64,000 nucleotides of DNA, from the NCBI GenBank assembly GCA_965649205.1, contig CBFGJV010000006.1, positions 41,611 through 105,610 of the forward strand, written 5' to 3'. Source of the DNA: a candidate division WOR-3 bacterium. Its GTDB lineage: Bacteria > Hydrothermota > Tepidihabitantia > Tepidihabitantales > Tepidihabitantaceae. The notes under the pieces were generated by a model that did no database searches, was not told where the DNA came from, and saw only the letters and a list, made by a program, of their open reading frames with translations. A program made the position numbers and the translations under genes. Shown one piece after another: positions 51,803 through 59,954 of the stretch (its first letter is position 1; each line of letters begins with the position of its first letter).

Positions 51803-52615
51803 ATGGCAATTTCCGAAAGAAACCTTAGTGAGAAGGAAAGAATTGCAGAAAACCTGCAGCACGTCCGTAACCGACTTCTCGTCTTCAGCGGTAAGGGCGG
51901 AGTAGGTAAGACTACCGTAGCAGTTAACATCGCAGCCGGATTGGCACTCCGGGGACGTAAGGTTGGGCTGCTGGATGCAGACATTCACGGACCAAACGTG
52001 CCCAAGATGCTAGGCATTGAGGACACTCGTTTCCAAATGAGTCATTCTGGTAAGATACTGCCGATGGTCTCGGCCACTGGAGTCCGAGTAGTTTCGATCA
52101 CGATGTTCACCCAGACACCTGACACGCCGGTGGTGTGGCGTGGACCGCTGAAAATGCGAGCGATAGCACAGTTTCTCACGGACGTTGACTGGGGTGAACT
52201 CGATTGGCTAGTCATTGACTCTCCACCTGGAACTGGTGACGAGCCGCTCTCGGTCGCGCAGTTAATTCCTTCCACCGCTGCGCTTGTCGTCACTACGCCT
52301 CAGGCTGTAGCTCTGCTGGACTCACGCAAAGCGGTCATCTTCGCTCAGCTCCTCAAACTCAAAATCCTTGGCGTAGTAGAGAATATGTCTGGACTTGTCT
52401 GTCCGCATTGCGGCAAAGAAATTGAACTGTTCGGTCAGGGCGGTGGCGCACGAATGGCACGCGAGTTGCTTGTACCTCTGCTCGGTCAGATACCAGTTGA
52501 CCCGTCCATCATTAAAGATAGTGATAGCGGCAGACCATTCGTCAACGAACATCCCGATTCACAAGCAGCAAAAGTGATGATGAAAATAGTTGATCGAATC
52601 ATAGAAGACGAATAG
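51803..52615 (+). CDS. mrp: Mrp/NBP35 Fe-S cluster carrier ATPase
   Basis: SGKGGVGKT, DADIHGP, WRGP, DSPPGTGD and ENMS...CPHC motifs. Confidence 0.95.
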   Translation: MAISERNLSEKERIAENLQHVRNRLLVFSGKGGVGKTTVAVNIAAGLALRGRKVGLLDADIHGPNVPKMLGIEDTRFQMSHSGKILPMVSATGVRVVSITMFTQTPDTPVVWRGPLKMRAIAQFLTDVDWGELDWLVIDSPPGTGDEPLSVAQLIPSTAALVVTTPQAVALLDSRKAVIFAQLLKLKILGVVENMSGLVCPHCGKEIELFGQGGGARMARELLVPLLGQIPVDPSIIKDSDSGRPFVNEHPDSQAAKVMMKIVDRIIEDE

Positions 52616-52750
52616 GAGCATTCGTCGAATTCATACAAATCGGTTCAGAGATGCAAGTAGGATTCTTGGCTATCCATAGACTACGTATTTTGAGGTTTCT
52701 CAAGCTATACTTGACTTTGCTTCCCTGTTACCAAATAATAATGTCACAAA

Positions 52751-53200
52751 ATGAAACACGAAGCCATTGTCCGCTGGGCCGGGCAGATGACGTTTCTCGG
52801 GCGCGCGGGTTCAAACCACCTTGTACCCATGGATTCCGGTCCTGACTTTGGGGGCAACAATTCTGCCACCAGGCCACTGGAATTGCTACTACTGGCCCTT
52901 GGAGGCTGCACTGGCATGGATGTCGTATCTCTCCTGCGCAAGATGCGCGTCCCTTTCACTGGCCTGGAAATGCACATAACGGCTGACCGAGCCGAAGAGC
53001 ATCCCACCGTGTACCGAAAAATTGACATCGAATATATAGTCTTCGGCCACAACCTAGAGGAAGATAAGGTAAGGCGTGCCATAGAACTTTCTCAAGAAAA
53101 GTACTGCTCGGTCTCGGCCATGCTCCGGAAAGCCTGCCCCGTAACCTTCACTTGGCGGATAGAACAACCAGTCTCCCAGTCTTTGACCCCCTCATTCTAA
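52751..53200 (+). CDS. OsmC family protein
   Basis: PLELLLLALGGC and KYCSVS motifs. Confidence 0.92.
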   Translation: MKHEAIVRWAGQMTFLGRAGSNHLVPMDSGPDFGGNNSATRPLELLLLALGGCTGMDVVSLLRKMRVPFTGLEMHITADRAEEHPTVYRKIDIEYIVFGHNLEEDKVRRAIELSQEKYCSVSAMLRKACPVTFTWRIEQPVSQSLTPSF

Positions 53201-53333
53201 ACCACTCCCCTTTCTGAGGCCCAATGCGCCCCCGCATTCCCACTGTCGGACGACAATCCGCTGGGCACCCTGCTCAACTCATTCTGTGTTTCAATCGTCT
53301 TGACATCGGGAAGTTACAGTAGTATAATTGGTT

Positions 53334-53552
53334 ATGCCAATTAGAGAATTCAGCTGCTGTAACTGTGGGTATGAATTTGAAACATTAGTACTGAACAAGA
53401 ACGAAGAACACAATCAGAAATGTCCAAAGTGCGGCAGGAAAAAACTCCGTACGCTCTTTTCGGTATTCGGCATGTCTGGTACCGAGAAAAAAGTTTCAAC
53501 CAGCAAGAGTTGTGCAACTTGTGGGACTCATCGTTGTGGGTCCTGCCATTAG
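53334..53552 (+). CDS. FmdB family zinc-ribbon protein
   Basis: MPIREFSCCNCG..FE and CPKCG motifs, Cys-rich tail; TTGACA-17-TATAAT lies 5 nt upstream. Confidence 0.88.
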   Translation: MPIREFSCCNCGYEFETLVLNKNEEHNQKCPKCGRKKLRTLFSVFGMSGTEKKVSTSKSCATCGTHRCGSCH

Positions 53553-53562
53553 GAGGGAAGTG

Positions 53563-53859
53563 ATGACGGTCACTAAAGCCAAACTTGTGGAGAAAATCGC
53601 GCAAAGGGTAGCCCCAGCCATTACCAAGAAGGATGTAGGACGCATCGTTCAGATGTTCATCGACGACGTATGTGAAACTTTGCGTGAAGGTAACCGTATA
53701 GAAATCAGGGGATTTGGAGTTTTGTCCACGAAGCTTCGTAAACCGAAAGTCGCCCGCAACCCCAAAACAAAACAGCCGGTAAACATCCCCCCAAGGCGTG
53801 TACCCACTTTCAAGGCGTCACGCCTGCTCAAAGCAAGTCTCATGAAGGGAGATACATAA
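53563..53859 (+). CDS. HU/IHF family DNA-binding protein
   Basis: TKAKL, RIEIRGFG, ARNPKT and PTFKAS motifs; SD AGGAGG. Confidence 0.93.
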   Translation: MTVTKAKLVEKIAQRVAPAITKKDVGRIVQMFIDDVCETLREGNRIEIRGFGVLSTKLRKPKVARNPKTKQPVNIPPRRVPTFKASRLLKASLMKGDT

Positions 53860-53862
53860 CCT

Positions 53863-53958
53863 ATGCCTTGCGGTCGCAAGCGCAAACTGGCAAAGATACG
53901 ACGCCATAAGTTCAAAAAACGTCGTAAGGCATTACGCCATAGGAAGAAGCTTCGCTAG
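53863..53958 (+). CDS. 31-aa basic protein, ribosomal bS22/mS38 (AURKAIP1/COX24)-like (absent from the ORF track)
   Basis: MPCGRKRKLAKIRRHKFKKRRKALRHRKKLR; SD-like GAAGGGAG upstream. Confidence 0.78.
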   Translation: MPCGRKRKLAKIRRHKFKKRRKALRHRKKLR

Positions 53959-53979
53959 CCTCGGGACCTATCAGCTTTG

Positions 53980-54831
53980 TCATCCCAGGTCCCAATGCAG
54001 GTTTATTCCCTTCTTAGCTAGCTCTGCCACTTCTGAAGCACGACCAAACCTGTTCACCTCTTCAACTAATTCCGGCTGTATAGCCCCACATTGGGGACAG
54101 GACGAGAATTTCATTCTATACTCTCCTTCCAGCGCCCAGCCTTCAATCAACATTTTGTCCGTCTTCCAATCGAGAATACGCAGAAAGAAAAGTTCTGGCA
54201 GTTCAACCAAATCGGGTTTCAGCTCATAACCACAACGTAAACAATTCCATGGTCGCCGCAACTCTACTTCTTTCTTGGTACTGATTAAAATCTCATTAGC
54301 CAGGTAGTATTCCGGATACATTCGTACCAGCTGACGAACACCGGTCGGGTGCGACCCCACTCCTGTCAGCATCCAGATTCTCTCCAACTCCGGATTATCA
54401 TCATAAAAGATTCGGAGAAGCTTCTTGCGTTCATCTACTATCTCTCTTTTGCGTCTAAACTCCAGCTCACGCTGCTCTACAAAGGTACGTTGCACCCATT
54501 CCCAGTAAGCTGTCTCGGCTAACGCGTCTTGCACATCTTCATTTTCCTTACGCTGTTTGGGATCAAGGTAGAGTAGAAATAGTCTTATTTGAGAAAATAC
54601 ACTCCTGTCCAAAGAAAGAATAAAGGGCCAGGCCAAAACAAGAAATACGCTGCGCAGAACAGTAACCAACAGATCGAGAATTCTATGCCGGCTAACCCGG
54701 AATTCTCCTCCCAGACAGATCAAACTCAGATGATAGAGTACAGCCACAGCCAAACCAACCGAAATCCAGACGACTACTATCGGCACCACAAAAGCCAGCA
54801 GTCGATTGAACAGGACAAAATCAAAGCTCAT
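53980..54831 (-). CDS. Hypothetical membrane protein with two CxxC motifs
   Basis: Two N-terminal TM helices; CLRC and CPQC. Confidence 0.6.
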   Translation of the reverse strand: MSFDFVLFNRLLAFVVPIVVVWISVGLAVAVLYHLSLICLGGEFRVSRHRILDLLVTVLRSVFLVLAWPFILSLDRSVFSQIRLFLLYLDPKQRKENEDVQDALAETAYWEWVQRTFVEQRELEFRRKREIVDERKKLLRIFYDDNPELERIWMLTGVGSHPTGVRQLVRMYPEYYLANEILISTKKEVELRRPWNCLRCGYELKPDLVELPELFFLRILDWKTDKMLIEGWALEGEYRMKFSSCPQCGAIQPELVEEVNRFGRASEVAELAKKGINLHWDLG

Positions 54832-54881
54832 ATCAGTATTCGATTACCGACGGTTATCTACGAACCGTAAGTGTGCTACGG

Positions 54882-55589
54882 CTAGTGGGTGAAAAAATAG
54901 TTGATAATGTTAGCCCCCATGCGCAACGCCTGCTCCCGTAACTCGGGCGGGTCATTGTGAGCAGTAGTCCAACCGTCCGAGACGTTGCTGTTATAGGTAT
55001 AGTATACTACCAAACGGCCGCCAACGTATATCCCCAAACCCCGAGGTGGCCCTTCGTAGTGTTCATGAATCTTTGGTGGACCGTTGCTGAACTCATATGG
55101 CTGGCGGTACAGCGGATGATCGTAAGGAAGCTCAACAAGTTCATTCTGGGGGAAAATCCTTTTCATCTCCCGACGAAAAGACTCGTCCATCCCATAGTCG
55201 TCATCTGCGTATAGAAAACCGCCTGTTTCCAAAAAGTGTCTGAGTTTCTTTACCTCCTCGTCGGAAAAACTGATATTGCCGTGACCGGTGAGAAAAAGGA
55301 AAGGATAATTATAAAGACGGTCATCCGTCAAAGTTACCTGCGCTTCGCTTTCTTCCAACTTAATGTTCGTCCGCTGGTTCAACCAACGACACAAGTTTGG
55401 AATGGCATCTGGGTCATTGTACCAATCTCCACCTCCTGCATACTTGAGACGAGCAAGCTGGAATCTAGTTGGGGCCTGGGCCAACAGAATAGAACTAAAG
55501 AACAAAGCAAGAAACGAAAACCTAACCCGAATCCGGCCCAAAGATTCTGGCACCTGTTGCTGACTATCTGACATGGCGGAGTCTACCAT
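54882..55589 (-). CDS. DUF4159 domain protein
   Basis: ARLKYAGGGDWY, YPFLFLTGHG, GGFLYADD and PKIHEH motifs. Confidence 0.85.
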   Translation of the reverse strand: MVDSAMSDSQQQVPESLGRIRVRFSFLALFFSSILLAQAPTRFQLARLKYAGGGDWYNDPDAIPNLCRWLNQRTNIKLEESEAQVTLTDDRLYNYPFLFLTGHGNISFSDEEVKKLRHFLETGGFLYADDDYGMDESFRREMKRIFPQNELVELPYDHPLYRQPYEFSNGPPKIHEHYEGPPRGLGIYVGGRLVVYYTYNSNVSDGWTTAHNDPPELREQALRMGANIINYFFTH

Positions 55590-56416
55590 TCCCGGCGCTT
55601 CCTAGCTAACGTCTTCATCTGCTCCACGCGCTCGTACGGTATTGTAACATCACCCAGAAAAATATGGCCACACTTCCTGCCCCCATGACAATCACTGCCC
55701 CCAGTCACGAGCAAGGCATTTTTCTGGGCAATCTCCTCGTATTTAGCCACATCTCGATCGTTGTGGTCTGGGTGCCAAGCTTCGATGCCATCGGCCCCGG
55801 CCGCGATAGCAAGATACACCACCTCGTCGTTATGATACGTCCCCGGATGTGCGATAACGGCAACGCCCCCGTGTCTTCTTATAAACTCCACTGCCCTCAC
55901 CGGTTCCAACTTCCGCTTAGGAGCGTAAGCCGGCCCGTCGTAGCCGATATAGCGACGGAAGGCTTCTTCCGTACTCGTGACTGCCCCAACATTTACCAGA
56001 GCCTGCGCTACGTGGGGCCTACCTATCGCCGCCCCTCGCGCTAACACCCGCACATCCTCAAAACTGACTTTTACTCCCAAGCCCCGCAGTTTTTCTACCA
56101 TTATTCTCGCTCGTTCGCTGCGGTGATACCTCAAGCAAGAAAAAAACTCCTGCACCTCGGGAGAGCGAAAATCAAGATAGTATCCCAGCATATGCAGGTC
56201 AACACCCAGAACGCTACAGCTCATCTCCACCCCGGGAACTACTTCAATACCCATATCCCGACCACAACTCTGGGCTCTCTCAATACCTTCTATGGAATCG
56301 TGATCAGTGATGCCAACCGCAGCCAATCCCAATTCTTTTGCTTTAATCACCACCTGTTCCGGCGTTAGCAATCCGTCTGAAAAAGTGGTGTGGCAATGCA
56401 GGTCGGCAAGGCGCAT
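55583..56416 (-). CDS. PHP domain phosphoesterase (TrpH/YciV-like)
   Basis: DLHCHT..SDG, ITDHD, GRPH, AHP and GGSDCHG motifs. Confidence 0.93.
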   Translation of the reverse strand: MRLADLHCHTTFSDGLLTPEQVVIKAKELGLAAVGITDHDSIEGIERAQSCGRDMGIEVVPGVEMSCSVLGVDLHMLGYYLDFRSPEVQEFFSCLRYHRSERARIMVEKLRGLGVKVSFEDVRVLARGAAIGRPHVAQALVNVGAVTSTEEAFRRYIGYDGPAYAPKRKLEPVRAVEFIRRHGGVAVIAHPGTYHNDEVVYLAIAAGADGIEAWHPDHNDRDVAKYEEIAQKNALLVTGGSDCHGGRKCGHIFLGDVTIPYERVEQMKTLARKRREW

Positions 56417-56481
56417 AAGATCCTAGACTCTTCGGAAAAACTCCCCCAAAACCGACATCACAAAACCTCTCCCGTTTGTCT

Positions 56482-57999
56482 TTACTCCGCCATTCTCTTG
56501 GCAACCGTTTCCAGATATTCTTTCACCAACGCTTCTTCTTCTAGACTCATCTCTTCTACTGCAGCTCGTTTCTCGGTCACAAACGACTGATCAAGAATAC
56601 TAGGCAGATTGACCAGCACGTTCAGTCTGGCACCCCGGAAAGCAGCGTCTAGGTTCATCGTACCTACTCCCGCATCAGTAACAGAACTCTTGTTGCCATA
56701 CCGTACAATCGAACTTGCAATACGTAAAGCCTCCAAGGCCAATTTCATTGTCCGCAGCGGAGTATCAGCTGCCGCCTTCAGTGCCTCGCTGACCGCTTTA
56801 GCACGTTCCTGCCTATCCAATTCGGTCATCTTCGGAAGCCGGTAAGCTTTCATTACCTTCTTGAAAGATTCGGCATCCTCATCCACCAAAGACAGGAAAC
56901 GCTCGCGCATAGGTACGAGTCTGTCTCGTGACTTCGTCAACTCCTCTTCAAATTCCTCATAACCCTTTTTCCCCAGAGATAACTTGGCCACCATAGTCAG
57001 CAAAGCACAGCCGATAGCCCCGTTCAGCGCCGCGGCTGACCCGCCCCCAGGGACCGGCTCGGCTGAAGCAAGTTCATTCAAGAAATCAGGCAACCCTTTG
57101 GCCGGCACCAACTTATTCTCCAAAATCTGCTCCCGGCTGAAATTATTTAACTGCAAATAAAACCGGGCACAGGCATTTAGTGCAGCCTGGGGTACAAGCC
57201 CGACAATCTCCGACTCCAGCACATTTACGCCATACCGACTCGCTTCGCTCTTCACAGTTTCAAATACTCGATACAAAGGCGTCTGAGTGTAGTCGGTCAT
57301 GTTTATTGAAACCTGCACACATCCCCGTTCCTTTATCTCAAACCCCAGCGCCTTCACATATCGGTATCCACCGCTGCGAAAACGGATTGCCCGAGCAATT
57401 CGCTCTGCAACTTTCACGTCTTTTGTTCCCAAATATATGTTATAGGCAATAAGCGGAGCTCTCACTCCCACCACCGTGGCACCGGCAGTAGGATGCACCT
57501 CAGGTCTTCCAAAATCTGGTGCCCGGTCCGGGTCAGTACGGATAGCCTCGCGCAGGCCCTCAAACTCCCCTTTTCTGATGTTGGCGATATCTACACGATC
57601 AGGCCTGGTTGCTGCCTGTTCATACAGATATACGGGGATCCCCAGTTCATCGGCAATCTTCTTTCCCAGCCGTCGGGCAAGCTCTATACACTCTGCTTCT
57701 GTAACTCCGGAAATAGGTACGAATGGCACCACATCGGTGGCCCCTATGCGCGGATGTTCCCCTTTGTGCTTGGTCAGATCTATCAATTCTGCCGCTTTCT
57801 TCACCGCCTTGAAAGCCGCTTCCAGCACCGCCTCCGGCTCACCCACAAAACTCACCACCGCACGATGATGGTCAGCATCCATCTCTTGATCAAGCAGAGC
57901 CACGCCACTCACCGACCTTATCTCATTTACTATCTTTTCGATTACCTCCGGGTCCCTGCCTTCGGAAAAATTCGGAACGCACTCTACTAGACGTCGCAT
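56482..57999 (-). CDS. ftcD: Bifunctional glutamate formiminotransferase / formiminotetrahydrofolate cyclodeaminase
   Basis: ECVPNFSEGR, HKGEHPRIGA and QVSIN motifs, then the PGGGSAAA...NVLVNL cyclodeaminase domain. Confidence 0.93.
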   Translation of the reverse strand: MRRLVECVPNFSEGRDPEVIEKIVNEIRSVSGVALLDQEMDADHHRAVVSFVGEPEAVLEAAFKAVKKAAELIDLTKHKGEHPRIGATDVVPFVPISGVTEAECIELARRLGKKIADELGIPVYLYEQAATRPDRVDIANIRKGEFEGLREAIRTDPDRAPDFGRPEVHPTAGATVVGVRAPLIAYNIYLGTKDVKVAERIARAIRFRSGGYRYVKALGFEIKERGCVQVSINMTDYTQTPLYRVFETVKSEASRYGVNVLESEIVGLVPQAALNACARFYLQLNNFSREQILENKLVPAKGLPDFLNELASAEPVPGGGSAAALNGAIGCALLTMVAKLSLGKKGYEEFEEELTKSRDRLVPMRERFLSLVDEDAESFKKVMKAYRLPKMTELDRQERAKAVSEALKAAADTPLRTMKLALEALRIASSIVRYGNKSSVTDAGVGTMNLDAAFRGARLNVLVNLPSILDQSFVTEKRAAVEEMSLEEEALVKEYLETVAKRMAE

Positions 58000-58051
58000 A
58001 TTAAACTACTCCTTTCATGGGATACAACACAGGTACAAGACTCAGCAGGGA

Positions 58052-58079
58052 ATCATAGCCTCCTTCCCCAAACTGTCAA
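58052..58079 (-). promoter_or_regulatory. Promoter of ftcD (TTGACA-16-TATGAT)
   Basis: Motif match. Confidence 0.7.
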
Positions 58080-58112
58080 ACCAGCAGAAGTGACAAAGAT
58101 CAAACCGTTGCA

Positions 58113-59942
58113 TTACCCAGCGCCCGAACTGCCCCCGCCGCCTCCGCCACCTCCCCCGCCGGAAAATCCTCCTCCTGATGAGCTACTGGTTGAAAATGAG
58201 TTTATCATACTGTGAAAGTTGCTAGCAAAACCTTGAAAATCCGCGAGCCCACGGGAAAGTGACACCATATGCGACTGTCCGGATCCTGAGGCAGCCACGT
58301 ACCAGGCAGGTACAACCAATGGTGTCTGCCGCTCAGTACTCAATCGGACGAGATTACCGAGAAACTCTTTTGCCACGCCCAATGCCGTGGCATACACATA
58401 GTACTGCTCCCAGATGGGCAGCAGTTTCACTGGCGCCTGCTCCAGAGCCGAAAACTCGACCAGGAACTTTCTGAACCGAAGCCAGCGCTGGTTTTCAAGC
58501 AGAGCAACCGGATGCCAACGTAGCACCAACCTGCCCGCCACCGTATATACAGAAAAGCATAACGCGCCAGCAAGAATCGGAATCGCAATACCCACGGAAT
58601 CCGTTCCGCCCACCAGAACGCCAAATCCAATTGCCAACAATAGAGCGCCGGTCGCTATGACCAAAGCCGAAAAGCCTTTGTACCTGGCATATGCCCGAGA
58701 ACTCTCCGGATCAAGCAACTTGTTCCCCAGCTCCTTCTCCCACCATGCAGTCGCCAGCTCTCCCAGTCTTACCAGAAACCTTCTTACTTCCTCCGGGTGC
58801 TTCTTCCCGTATTCTTTCATCATCTCCTCTGTCAATGTGTCGCCATTGGCTACCTCCCGGAAAAAGAAATCAAGCACAGCCTGGCTGAATGCATCAAGAG
58901 AACCATTCTTGTTCTCGGCGGCATTCGTCCCCGTCAAAGTCGTCAGCTTGAAACGATACGAAACCTTGCGGCCCGCCCTTTCTTCCTCCACCATAATCAG
59001 TCCCTGCCCGGCAAGTTGCAGAAGCGTGGCAAACATACCTTCGAGAACCCGGGCTGCAAGCGTACCCTTGTCCGGCTTCTGAGCGAGAATACGCGGCACC
59101 ACGACCGGCGGCGCAAATCGGGGCGGTTCGTGTTCATAAACCGCATCATATTCCAGTGTAGGCTCACGACCATAACGACGATAGTAGAACAAAAGCAGGA
59201 ACAAAGGAACAAACACCATGGTCCCGAACCCCAGTGGTACGAACAGATAGCGTCTCAGGTTAGAAAACAGAAAATTCCGTTTCTCCTCCCCTAGTATTTT
59301 TGCATACCGGTCGAAAGGAAGTATCTGCGCCTGGAAGAACAGGTTCGGGCTCGCCAGCACTCGCAGCTCAAGAAAAACATTCTTGGGAATACCTGTCTGT
59401 TCCACCACCGCTACACCCTTGTTGACATCTACCAGCAGCCTGCCCGGCTTTGCCCGCGTGTGTACATAAACCTTGAACAGTTCAGGTGAAGAGCCGGGCA
59501 GACTGATATGCACAATTGCCCGCTCAACCTTTTCGTGTTCTTCCTCTATCACTTTCCAGTAAAACTCAGCTACGTCTGTATACCGTTTCGTTGCGCTAAC
59601 TATCTCGTACTCCAGAATAAAGATTTTCTGCTCGTCCTGTGCGGAATAGTTCCACTGCACACGCAGCGACCCTCCGTTATCCTGCAACTCGACCGGGACC
59701 TCTTTCTCTTCTCCTTCCCTCGTCCTCTCCCAGAGAGACCGGAACCTCACATCCACCGCACCTTTTTTCTTCAGCTCCACGAAAGCCCAGGAGAAAGACC
59801 CCTCAAAGTAATAGGTCCGTTCCTGCCTTATATAAGCATTTCCATTTGACAGCAGCTCCACATATGTTCTGATCTCCGGATAGTAATAAGACTTAGCTGC
59901 CAGCAATAGAGGTACAATCCAAAGAAAAAAACCCCTGCGCAT
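58113..59942 (-). CDS. DUF2207 domain membrane protein
   Basis: AEFYW, WEQYYVYATALGV and a Gly-rich C-terminus. Confidence 0.88.
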   Translation of the reverse strand: MRRGFFLWIVPLLLAAKSYYYPEIRTYVELLSNGNAYIRQERTYYFEGSFSWAFVELKKKGAVDVRFRSLWERTREGEEKEVPVELQDNGGSLRVQWNYSAQDEQKIFILEYEIVSATKRYTDVAEFYWKVIEEEHEKVERAIVHISLPGSSPELFKVYVHTRAKPGRLLVDVNKGVAVVEQTGIPKNVFLELRVLASPNLFFQAQILPFDRYAKILGEEKRNFLFSNLRRYLFVPLGFGTMVFVPLFLLLFYYRRYGREPTLEYDAVYEHEPPRFAPPVVVPRILAQKPDKGTLAARVLEGMFATLLQLAGQGLIMVEEERAGRKVSYRFKLTTLTGTNAAENKNGSLDAFSQAVLDFFFREVANGDTLTEEMMKEYGKKHPEEVRRFLVRLGELATAWWEKELGNKLLDPESSRAYARYKGFSALVIATGALLLAIGFGVLVGGTDSVGIAIPILAGALCFSVYTVAGRLVLRWHPVALLENQRWLRFRKFLVEFSALEQAPVKLLPIWEQYYVYATALGVAKEFLGNLVRLSTERQTPLVVPAWYVAASGSGQSHMVSLSRGLADFQGFASNFHSMINSFSTSSSSGGGFSGGGGGGGGGGSSGAG

Positions 59943-59954
59943 AACCTCTTGCTT

